Part shown: positions 10,504-18,619 of the stretch, one piece after another
How the letters are laid out: each line of letters starts with the position of its first letter
Numbering within the stretch: the first letter of the stretch is position 1
From: Patescibacteria group bacterium
GTDB lineage: Bacteria > Patescibacteriota > Microgenomatia > UBA8517
Length of the DNA: 43,517 nt
Assembly: GCA_025057695.1 (NCBI GenBank)
Contig: JANWVB010000001.1
Span: forward strand, 1-43,517
Direction of reading: 5' to 3'
Translations under genes and position numbers: made by a program
Notes under the pieces: model-generated
The model's database searches: none
Seen by the model: only the letters and a program-made list of their open reading frames with translations
Told to the model about the DNA's origin: nothing

Positions 10504-10513
10504 AAGGAGGTGA
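10504..10513 (+). promoter_or_regulatory. Shine-Dalgarno sequence (AAGGAGGTGA) for the FMN-binding protein operon
   Basis: Near-perfect anti-SD complement ending about 8-10 nt upstream of ATG 10521. Confidence 0.6.
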
Positions 10514-10520
10514 AAGTTTT

Positions 10521-11024
10521 ATGGAAGAAAACCATAGTGAACCAGAATCAAAACCAGATCAAAAAAACAGCAATTTCTTGCCAATGGCGGTTGTTTTTGT
10601 AATTGCCGCAATTGCAATTGGAGTATATTTAAGTCAGCAAAAACCTGCCACTCACACGACAAATACATCACCTGCAATTGAAATAACAAACGAAAAATCA
10701 TCTGATACAGTTGATACAGTTGTCAACACATACAAAGATGGGGATTATGAGGCGTTAGGACAATACACAACTCCCGGCGGGCAAAGTGAAATAGGTCTAA
10801 GAATAAAATTAGAAAAAGGGATAATAATAGATTCATCAGTAGAAATCAGAGCCAACGATCCGCCATCAAGAAGATTTCAGCAGGAATTTGCCAAGAACTA
10901 CAAACAATTTGTTATCGGCAAGAAAATTGACGATCTTAATCTAACCAAAGTTGCCGGTTCATCGCTAACCCCAAAAGGCTTTAACGAAGCTATCGCAAAA
11001 ATAAAAGCGGAAGCTAAATCGTAA
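10521..11024 (+). CDS. membrane-anchored extracytoplasmic FMN-binding domain protein (NqrC/RnfG-like)
   Basis: One N-terminal TM helix. YKDGDYEALG...IGLRIKLEKGIIIDSSVE...LTKVAGSSLTPKGFNEAIAKI matches the FMN_bind domain layout. VAGSSLT (10950-10970) occupies the place of the flavinylated vSGATiT motif. Confidence 0.7.
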   Translation: MEENHSEPESKPDQKNSNFLPMAVVFVIAAIAIGVYLSQQKPATHTTNTSPAIEITNEKSSDTVDTVVNTYKDGDYEALGQYTTPGGQSEIGLRIKLEKGIIIDSSVEIRANDPPSRRFQQEFAKNYKQFVIGKKIDDLNLTKVAGSSLTPKGFNEAIAKIKAEAKS

Positions 11025-11030
11025 CTAAAG

Positions 11031-11915
11031 ATGGATATCAACAACTTTACATTTGAAGCAACGGGGACTGTTTGGCAAATTGATATTTACGATCCTGTAT
11101 CGAAAAAAATTAAAGCCAAAATTTCTGATTTGGTAAAAAGTGAAGCTGACAATTTTGAAAAAAAATACTCAAGATTTAGAGACGATTCTTGGTTGAGAAA
11201 AATATCCCGATTAAGACAAAAGTCAAAATTGCCTAAAGACGCAAAAACTATCTTTGACTTATATCAAAACTTATACAAAATTACAAACGGAATTTTCACT
11301 CCGTTAATAGGAAGTTTCATGGAAGAATCAGGATATGACTCCAACTACTCTCTTATTCCCAAAATCTCGCTTCACCATCCGCCAACATGGAAAAACGCGA
11401 TTGAATACAACTATCCATATATTCAAATAAAACAAAATGTTGTCATAGACTTCGGAGCGGCTGGCAAGGGGTACTTGATTGATATAATAAAAAATTTGCT
11501 GAAAGACAACCAAATCAACTCTTTTTGCATTGACGCGGGAGGGGATATATACGTAAACAACCACCCCACAGGGAAAATGCAAATAGGATTGGAAAATCCC
11601 AAAAATTTATCTGAAGTAATTGGAATTATTTATCTTAATAACGCAAGCATTTGCGCGTCGTCGGGCAACAGGCGACGATGGGACAAATTTCATCATATTA
11701 TCAATCCTCAAACATTAAGTTCCCCTACCGATATTATTGCCACATGGACAATAGCGCAAAGCGCTTTAATAGCCGACGCAATGTCAACTTGCCTATTTTT
11801 GGTAGATAAATCTATATTGCAAAATGCTTACAATTTTGATTATCTCATCTTAAAAAAAGATTTTAGCTTTGAAAAATCAAGCGGTTTTGAAGCTGAATTA
11901 TTTTTAAAAAATTAA
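11031..11915 (+). CDS. apbE: FAD:protein FMN transferase ApbE
   Basis: FGAAGKGYLID, DAGGDIY and ASSGNRRRW..HHIINPQT motifs typical of ApbE. Lies 6 nt after the preceding gene. Confidence 0.9.
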   Translation: MDINNFTFEATGTVWQIDIYDPVSKKIKAKISDLVKSEADNFEKKYSRFRDDSWLRKISRLRQKSKLPKDAKTIFDLYQNLYKITNGIFTPLIGSFMEESGYDSNYSLIPKISLHHPPTWKNAIEYNYPYIQIKQNVVIDFGAAGKGYLIDIIKNLLKDNQINSFCIDAGGDIYVNNHPTGKMQIGLENPKNLSEVIGIIYLNNASICASSGNRRRWDKFHHIINPQTLSSPTDIIATWTIAQSALIADAMSTCLFLVDKSILQNAYNFDYLILKKDFSFEKSSGFEAELFLKN

Positions 11916-11918
11916 AAC

Positions 11919-13442
11919 ATGATACAAAAAATCGACACATATCTAAATAGCATCACAATGTATAAAATCACTGTTTACGCGCTTTGTGCGATTGCCTTAT
12001 TATCAATAGCATACGGATTTTTAGGGATACTCCCTTTTAACGCAATTTCTCTTATTGTTTCTTTGTCAGTAATAATCATAACATGCTATATTTCAAACAA
12101 AATTTGTCAAAAAATTTCTAATCTTCCCACAAACAATGATTCATGGCTTATAAGCGCGTTAATACTTTTTTTGATTATTGCTCCGCCAGATAATTATCAA
12201 AGCGATATTTTAATAACAATCATCGCAAGCGCAATTGCTATCTTCTCAAAATATATTTTCAAACTAAAAAACAGTCATATATTCAATCCAGTAGCATTGG
12301 CTCTTTTGATAATTGGCATTTTTGGCTTCGGAAATTCTATATGGTGGGTAGGAAGTGCAAATCTTGCAATACCTGTTGCCATATTGGGATTTTTAGTGGT
12401 TAGAAAGATAAGACAATCCGGCATGGTCTTTGCTTTTTTTATAACAACGCTTGTGACAATCAGTGTATTTAGCCTGAAAAACAATATTGATATTGTGAAA
12501 TCAATTTATGAGGTAGTTATTTCATGGCCAACAATCTTTCTGGGAACAATAATGCTTACAGAACCTTCGACAATGCCTGCAACAAATTTACAAAGAAAAA
12601 TATATGGAGCGGTAGTTGGATTTTTGTTTAGCTTTCAATTTTCTTTTGGCCCAATTTTTTCATCTCCCGAGCTTGCAATAGTAATTGGCAATGTATTTTC
12701 GTGTTTGATAAGTCCAAAACAAAAAACTATTCTTGCTTTTAAAACAAAGCTAAAAATAGCCAGAAACACTTACGAATTTGTTTTTGAGCCAGACAAAAAA
12801 TTGACATTTTTGCCCGGACAATATCTGGAACTAACTCTTAATACGACCACAAACGACACAAGAGGAAATAGAAGGTACTTTACTATTGCATCATCGCCAA
12901 CCGACACAAAAGTAAGATTTGGAATAAAGTTTGCGGATGCGAAAGGAAGTAGCTTCAAAGATACAATTTTTAATTTAAGAGCCGACGACAAAGTATTGGC
13001 AGGAAATTTAGGCGGCGACTTTGTAATGCCAAAAGACACCAATAAACCTCTAGTTTTCATCGCGGGCGGGATAGGAATCACGCCTTTTATAAGCATGATC
13101 AGATATCTTACCGACACCAAAGAAAAAAGACCCATTACTCTTTTTTACGCAAACAATACAAAAAACGACATCGCATACAAAGATGTGCTAGACCAAGCAA
13201 ACAAAAAATTAGGATTGAAAACTATTTACTTGCTTACAAACAAAAATTTGGTTCCAAAAAACTGGAAAGGAGAAGTAGGATACTTAAACGAAGAAATAAT
13301 CAAAAAACATGTAAAAAACCATAAAGAGCAAATATATTACTTATCAGGTCCAAACGCGATGGTTGATTCTTATAAAAATCTGCTTGCCAAAATCGGCATA
13401 CCAGATAAACAAATAAAAACAGATTACTTCCCCGGATTTTAG
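11919..13442 (+). CDS. fusion protein: RnfD/NqrB-like polytopic membrane domain plus FNR-like FAD/NAD(P)H-binding oxidoreductase domain
   Basis: The N-terminal ~265 aa carry HIFNPVA and ISWPTIFLGTIMLTEPSTMPAT, which align with RnfD FNPA and LSGATMLGAFFILTDPVT. The C-terminal part carries RRYFTIASSP (RxYS FAD motif), LVFIAGGIGITPF (NAD(P)H motif) and YYLSGPNAM. The start is 3 nt after the apbE stop. Confidence 0.8.
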   Translation: MIQKIDTYLNSITMYKITVYALCAIALLSIAYGFLGILPFNAISLIVSLSVIIITCYISNKICQKISNLPTNNDSWLISALILFLIIAPPDNYQSDILITIIASAIAIFSKYIFKLKNSHIFNPVALALLIIGIFGFGNSIWWVGSANLAIPVAILGFLVVRKIRQSGMVFAFFITTLVTISVFSLKNNIDIVKSIYEVVISWPTIFLGTIMLTEPSTMPATNLQRKIYGAVVGFLFSFQFSFGPIFSSPELAIVIGNVFSCLISPKQKTILAFKTKLKIARNTYEFVFEPDKKLTFLPGQYLELTLNTTTNDTRGNRRYFTIASSPTDTKVRFGIKFADAKGSSFKDTIFNLRADDKVLAGNLGGDFVMPKDTNKPLVFIAGGIGITPFISMIRYLTDTKEKRPITLFYANNTKNDIAYKDVLDQANKKLGLKTIYLLTNKNLVPKNWKGEVGYLNEEIIKKHVKNHKEQIYYLSGPNAMVDSYKNLLAKIGIPDKQIKTDYFPGF

Positions 13443-13623
13443 TATAAAGCAAGAAAAAGTCTTGACAAATTAGACTTTAGACTTGGGCTTGAGTAAAATA
13501 AAAGGCAGTTAAATTCTTTATCAAATTAGATTTTAAAAATAAAAAACACACATTTTGTATTCCAAACGCTTTTGAGCAGGCAAAAAGTTGGAAATTGTCA
13601 ATAAATCTTAATCCGAAAAATAT

Positions 13624-13697
13624 TGCGGGATCGTCTAATGGTAGGACAACAGACTCTGGATCTGTTTATTGGGGTTCGAATCCCTATCCCGCAGCCA
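13624..13697 (+). tRNA. tRNA-Gln (anticodon CUG), CCA encoded
   Basis: Hand-folded cloverleaf: acceptor TGCGGGA/TCCCGCA (U1:A72), D stem GTCT/GGAC, anticodon stem ACAGA/TCTGT with loop CTCTGGA, T arm TGGGG-TTCGAAT-CCCTA, discriminator G, then CCA. Confidence 0.9.
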
Positions 13698-13930
13698 ATA
13701 TGAATTTGAAAGAGTTTGGGAGGTGGCGCTTGCCGCTCCTGTTGTCATGGCAAGGGCATCAAATCCAACTTTTTTGAAACTTGCTACCAACCACCTAAAA
13801 ATAAGGAAGAAAAAACGCAAAAATTTTAAAGACTAAACCTATTTCTTCGTCTGGAAGTCTGCCGTTGATTGTATACCTGATCAATTTTATCTTTCACACT
13901 ACTAAAAAACCTTATTAATTTTTCATATTT

Positions 13931-14836
13931 TTACGGCTCCACAGTTTCTCTTCTGCTTTCTAATATTGATAATAATACTTCACTGCTGGAGAGTGGAGTT
14001 TGGTATCTAAAGTGTTCATAAGCATCAGTTATTACTCTTTGTGGATTTAAGAACCTTTCTCTGAGAGCTTTTTTGTATTCCTCCATATTAACTCTCCAGC
14101 AATGTCCCGACGGGCTTAACCAATATTCAATCATATCTTTACCATAACCATCTTTGATAGTTACTCGGCTTATTTCATTTGTTTGCGGATCATACTCAAC
14201 TTTTGGAGATTTTCTTTGAGAGTCGGCAATTTTATACCTTTCCCTAATTTGTTGAGCTTGCGACGGACCTAAATTGCCACTCTGAACAAAATGTGCAATC
14301 ACATCTTCAATTTCTTGAGGAGAAGGGAAAAAAGTACCAAGCTTATCGTCGTATGCTCTGAAAGCAAATTCAGGGTTACCGCTACCTAAATTATATCGAT
14401 TGCCTCTATAATGCGCCCAAACACTATTTTCTGCGATCTCAAACATTTCTTGCTCATAAGGACCTTGAACTTGTATTTCAACAAGAGGCAAATTTAATCG
14501 TCTAGCATGTTGTTTCATTTTTTCTGTAATTACCTGATCGATTGGCTCACCACGCTTGTCCACTTTGACAAAGAAACCTCTTAATTGCAGCGTCTCTCCG
14601 CTTTCAGATTTTCCAAAAGCCACAACCTCGTTATAGGTTCCACTAGAAGTTAATTTAAGTAATTGATCGCCAGAAAGCAGTAATCAACCTTGTGCCTGTC
14701 GTCTCAAAAATTCTTTGCTTGAACTATGCGACCCCATGTCAGTTGGGGAAGTGATAACGATATTGCCCTCTGGAGCTTCAACGATAATTCCTCCTTGTCC
14801 CCAAGTTTTCGTATGTGCTTGATCTATAAGAGACAT
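13931..14836 (-). pseudogene. unknown-function gene interrupted by an in-frame TGA (14684-14686)
   Basis: ATG at 14836 opens MSLIDQAHTKTWGQGG...RRQAQG, then TGA. The same frame continues unbroken (LLLSGDQLLKLTSSGTYNEVV) into the tracked ORF 13931..14623, which only begins at a GTG. No family recognised. Confidence 0.55.
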
Positions 14837-14899
14837 CCTTAGATAAACCTTAATACTTAATCTTTCTGGCTGATCAAAAAGATTTATAGATTGATCACC

Positions 14900-15130
14900 T
14901 TATGATTTATCAACTTTATATGCGCCGGATGATTCTGCGGAAATTGCAAATAATGGTTGCGAAGCCGTTGCAAAAGGATTGAAGGCGTGAACCAAATACC
15001 GAAATTTTTTGGGGTCATGTTTTTCTGGGTCACTTACTTCACCCCAGATTTTTGGACGCGGTTTTTCTTCATGAGTGGGATTTACTTTTTCAAAATTGAT
15101 TGGCGGTCTTTTTTCAAATTGGTCTGACAT
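14900..15130 (-). CDS. hypothetical 76 aa protein, possibly the 5' piece of the same decayed gene as 13931..14836
   Basis: ORF with ATG but no SD. Its reading frame is identical to the downstream pseudogene, and the 21 codons between them are also open. Confidence 0.4.
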   Translation of the reverse strand: MSDQFEKRPPINFEKVNPTHEEKPRPKIWGEVSDPEKHDPKKFRYLVHAFNPFATASQPLFAISAESSGAYKVDKS

Positions 15131-15497
15131 AGTATAATGACGTTAATTATTGATTCTATGCTGAAATCTTATCAAATTGTAAAATTTTTGTAAACACCCT
15201 GCACTCTACGAAGCCGAGCAAAAATCACACGCGCAAAAAATAGTGGAGGAACAACGTCGGAGTAAACGAGGCTAAAGGCCGAGCTAGTACATTGAAATTC
15301 AACATTTTTTGTAAAGGATCAGCCACGATTTTAACAAGATGACCTTGGTGCACACAAAAACACATGTCTTCATTCAAAAGTAAATTTTATTACTCAGACA
15401 TTCGTACTTTACCCTCAGTGTTTGGAGAATTATCCTTGAAATTGGCACTTTGCATCTACAAAATCAGTTGATTTTTATTTCTTTATATGTTTAACAA

Positions 15498-15839
15498 TTA
15501 TTCTAAATATTGAACCTGTGGTTCTTTTTCTTCGGATTCGAACCAGAAGGGCATATAAGCGGAAAGATCTTCAACGGTACTCCTGAAAGCAAAACCAGCA
15601 TTGTTAATCAATACGTCAACCTTTTTCAGTCTTTTTCTTAATTTTACAAATGAACGTTTTATAGAGGCAATATCCAACAAATCTGTTTCTGTAAAGAAAT
15701 AATCCTTATGTTTAAAATCGGCAACATTTTTTCTTCCCATTCATAAAACAATATACTTATTACTATCTAAGGCCTTTTCAACAAACGCTTTACCTATCCC
15801 TGAGCTAACTCCTGTAATTACCACATATTTTTTATTCAT
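15498..15839 (-). pseudogene. short-chain dehydrogenase/reductase (SDR), truncated and carrying an in-frame TGA (15741-15743)
   Basis: AAGGAGG SD, then MNKKYVVITGVSSGIGKAFV (TGxxxGIG Rossmann motif), YIVL, TGA, then MGRKN...VDVLINNAG. The ORF ends about 30 aa after NNAG, so the catalytic YxxxK region is missing. Confidence 0.7.
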
Positions 15840-16747
15840 TTCTGACCTCCTTTGCTAACTCATACAAAATGCCGGAGGAAATGTTATTGTTACTTGGAAC
15901 TACTATATCTGTGCCAAGAAATTTGCTAATTTGAAAAATATCAATCAAAGCATTTTCAGCAGACCACATATAATAGGGTTCGGCTGGAAACATTGACATT
16001 CGCTCTTCATAGGGTAGGGCAATTATTCTTTCGTACACAGGGTATAGCCTTTTAATTTGAGTCCGAAATGGGTGATCAAAAGCACCATTATTTTCATCAA
16101 GTTTCACGTTCATTGCTTTTAAAAAGTCAATAATGTTAGTTGTTCCATAAACCAGCAGTTCTGGTTTTTGTTTAGTCTTAGCTAAGGATTTCATTTCACT
16201 TTTTACATATTTTTTCGCATTCGCCAACTCTTTTTTGGTTGGGTGATGAGTTTTGTACAAGGTCTCTTGCATAAAGTAGGTACTTATTTTGAAAAGATGA
16301 GTTTCATATATATTATTGTCCTTGCCAATAACTACCTGTACACTGCCGCCACCGATATCAGATACAGCAATTGTTTTCTTTGGAAAATCCTTCGAAACCG
16401 AGTTGAAATAGATTCGTGCTTAATCATCATGGCTTAACATCTCGAGCGATACTCCAGTCTTGTCTTTTATTTCTTTAAGTACCTCTTTTGCATTTTTGGC
16501 CTTTCTTATAGCTTCAGTCGTTACAGCCTTATAATTATGAACACCCAACTCATCAAGTAGTATCTATAGCTTTACGTATTATTAAGCCATCGGTTTTATC
16601 AAGATCTCTTCCTAGTACCGTTAGTTCCTTTTCTCTAGCAAGAGTTTTTGATGAATAATTTTTATCAAATTCCCAAACTTTAAATTTGCTCTTTAAAGTT
16701 CCCACATCAATAACAGCCGTTCGTATATAATTATTTGGTTTTGACAT
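15832..16747 (-). pseudogene. Ppx/GppA-family phosphatase, with a frameshift and an in-frame TAA
   Basis: Three collinear pieces. First, MSKPNNYIRTAVIDVGTLKSKF... Second, after a frameshift around 16553-16563, LDELGVHNYKAVTTEAIRKAKN...LSHDD, then TAA (16420-16422), then ARIYFNSV...VSDIGGGSVQVV. Third, ORF 15832..16272. The phosphate-1 (DxGT) and phosphate-2 (DIGGGS) motifs of the ASKHA fold are present. Confidence 0.8.
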
Positions 16748-16874
16748 TTAAATATTTTTTTAATAATTGATACCGTTCAGATATATTTTCCCTCAGATAT
16801 GATCCACATACAACATTGGTTAAATCTGACTCCTCCAACTCAAGAACAACTTTATTATCAACACTCCTGTCTAA

Positions 16875-17246
16875 AGTTATAATTGGCTGATGGCTGGTGC
16901 TGTAAGCCCGCGACAAATCAAAGAACCAAAATTTGTTGAATCTATAAGAAGAACTGGATTGGTCACTGTAGAAGTCTCTGCTGTAACACCCAAAATATGC
17001 GCATTAATTCGTGGGGAGTTTTAATCGGCTGTTTACTTTCCTCAAGACGGGCAATCCGCTGCTTTATGGGACTACGCCGCAGGGGTATTGCTTATCCAGG
17101 AGTTTGGCGGAAGAATAAGTTCATTATGTGGCGCTGAGCTTCCATTCAGAGGAGCAAATATTATTCACAAAAAAGGCTGGTTAGCTACTCGGAATATTGA
17201 TCATGCGTATTTATTAGCTTGTCTGAATAGTCTAGGTAAACTATAA
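16875..17246 (+). pseudogene. inositol monophosphatase/CysQ-family fragment: C-terminal ~120 aa only, with an in-frame TAA (17022-17024)
   Basis: ...IRRTGLVTVEVSAVTPKICALIRGEF, then TAA, then SAVYFPQDGQSAALWDYAAGVLLIQEFGGRISSL... matches the C-terminal WD-x-AAG / EAGG region of IMPase-fold enzymes. The N-terminal metal-binding half is absent. Confidence 0.65.
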
Positions 17247-17254
17247 TAACTCAA

Positions 17255-17788
17255 ATGACAAAAGTGCAAAAATGGCAATAGCTCTCAAGAGAAATAGCTT
17301 GTCAAAAATACAGTCGTCAGATTGAAAAAGTAACTTTTAAACTTCCTGATGGGAAAGAAACCGACTTTTATATCAAAAGAGAAGGTCCGGCAGCTGGGAT
17401 TTTGGCAATAACAAAAGACAGAAAAGTAATTCTTGTAAAGCAGTATCGACCTGGGCCAAAAGAAGTTCTCCTTGAACTACCTGGTGGCTATGTTGATCCC
17501 AACGAGGAACCTGAAAAGACAATGGAGCGTGAATTACTTTAAGGAACAGGATATAAAGGCAAAGTTAAACTTGTCACTACTTGTTTTGATGACGCTTACT
17601 CTACAATGAACAGGTACTGCTTTGTTGCAACTGATTGCGAGAAAGCCAGTGACCATCAAGCGGGCGAGCATGAATTTGTAGAAATTGAAATGCTATCTCT
17701 GAAAGATTTCAGAAAGCTTTTGCGTACCGGCAAGATGACCGATGTTGAAGTGGGATACCTCGGTCTTGATTTTCTAAACCTTCTCTAA
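17255..17788 (+). pseudogene. ADP-ribose pyrophosphatase-like NUDIX hydrolase with two in-frame stops
   Basis: Single frame: MTKVQKWQ, TAG (17279-17281), LSREIA...VKQYRPGPKEVLLELPGGYVDPNEEPEKTMERELL, TAA (17540-17542), GTGYKG..., joining tracked ORF 17606..17788. In the Nudix box REUxEE, the first Glu is a stop and the second is Gly. Confidence 0.8.
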
Positions 17789-17828
17789 CAGAGATAATAA
17801 ATAGCTCCAATATCCAATAATAAATAAT

Positions 17829-18516
17829 ATGAAAATATTTTTTCATTCCTCAATCTTTGCCAAAGAACATTATGAAGAGGCATACCTTTTAATTGTTAAG
17901 ATTTGCAAAGATAGTGGTCACACAGTATTTGCCGATCATATGCTTAAACGCGATTATCACGACACAGATAAGTATACCAGAAAAGAGCACCAGCAAGATT
18001 TTCAAAGATTGACTAAGCAAATTAAGGAATCCGATGTCGTTATTATTGAAGGAATTGCGCCTAGTATTGGAACTGGACATTACATGACTATTGCATTAGG
18101 GTATCTAAAACCAGTTTTAGTGCTTCACCAAAATAAGCCGCATGGAGTGTTGGTTGGCAAACCTAACAGGTTATTGTCCTCAAGACGGTATTCAATAAAT
18201 GACAAAAAAGTTGGAGAAGGCAATCAAAGATTTTCTGAGAGACGCCGAAAAGAAAACTTTGAAAAATAGATTTAACTTAATGCTAGACGATGAAATGATA
18301 GACTTTCTTGAAAAATACTCCAAACAAGAAAAGGCCAAAGCAGAAAAATTGCAGAAATACATCAAGAAACAAAATGACAATGGTCAAAAACTTTTCGGTG
18401 GGATTGTGATTGAGATTGAGAAAAGCGATGGTTGGAGGATAAATCAAAAACCAGTGTATGATTGGAACAAGTGTGAACAAAAAGATTGGAGCGACTGGAA
18501 AAAACTAGAATTTTGA
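17829..18516 (+). pseudogene. DNPH1/nucleoside 2-deoxyribosyltransferase-like domain followed by a ribbon-helix-helix-like tail, split by a +1 frameshift in an A6 run
   Basis: ORF 17829..18269 (ESDVVIIEGIAPSIGTGHYMTIALGYLKPVLVL, compare DNPH1 ADVVVAEVTQPSLGVGYELG) and ORF 18199..18516 (LEKAIKDFL...RFNLMLDDEMIDFLEKYS) overlap in different frames. Removing one A from A6 at 18204-18209 fuses them into about 229 aa. Confidence 0.55.
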
Positions 18517-18539
18517 CAAAGTATACATAAGCTTGCTCA

Positions 18540-18568
18540 TTGACAAACAATCACTGAATGTTTAGATT
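18540..18568 (+). promoter_or_regulatory. candidate sigma70-type promoter (TTGACA, 17 nt spacer, TAGATT)
   Basis: Perfect -35 hexamer at 18540-18545, a 17 nt spacer, and a 4/6 -10 at 18563-18568, about 50 nt upstream of ATG 18620. A second TTGACA lies at 18513-18518. Confidence 0.3.
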
Positions 18569-18584
18569 AAACCAGTTAATTATT

Positions 18585-18608
18585 TTACTTACTTACTTAG
18601 TCTTAGTC
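18585..18608 (+). repeat. compound microsatellite (TTAC)3(TTAGTC)2
   Basis: Read directly from the sequence. It lies between the candidate promoter and the start of ORF 18620. Confidence 0.6.
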
Positions 18609-18619
18609 TAAAAATAAAA

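Noticed and set aside
13457-13484. A hairpin, AAGTCT-N9-AGACTT, followed by a TAGACTT duplication after the RnfD-FNR gene.
   Set aside because: A 6 bp AT-rich stem without a U-tract is insufficient to call a terminator.
13595-13820. ORFs 13595..13777 (+) and 13635..13820 (-).
   Set aside because: Both overlap the well-folded tRNA-Gln gene and its 3' flank. They have no SD and odd composition, so they are spurious.
14684-15743. In-frame TGAs (14684-14686 and 15741-15743, the latter at a likely Gly position) suggested genetic code 25 or 4 (TGA as Gly or Trp), as in Gracilibacteria/Absconditabacteria.
   Set aside because: Long conserved host genes (mutS at 870 codons, typA, secD, recJ, comM and others) contain no internal TGA. 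Neighbouring broken genes also carry in-frame TAA and TAG plus frameshifts, and the SDR is truncated as well. Decay explains everything and recoding explains only two sites. A recoded donor for the transferred DNA remains a weak possibility.
16731-16916. ORF 16731..16916 (-), upstream of and overlapping the Ppx start.
   Set aside because: It has a TTG start. Its 5' third is simply the mirror of the + strand IMPase fragment. Only the last ~45 codons could be a remnant of some upstream gene, and no family is recognisable.
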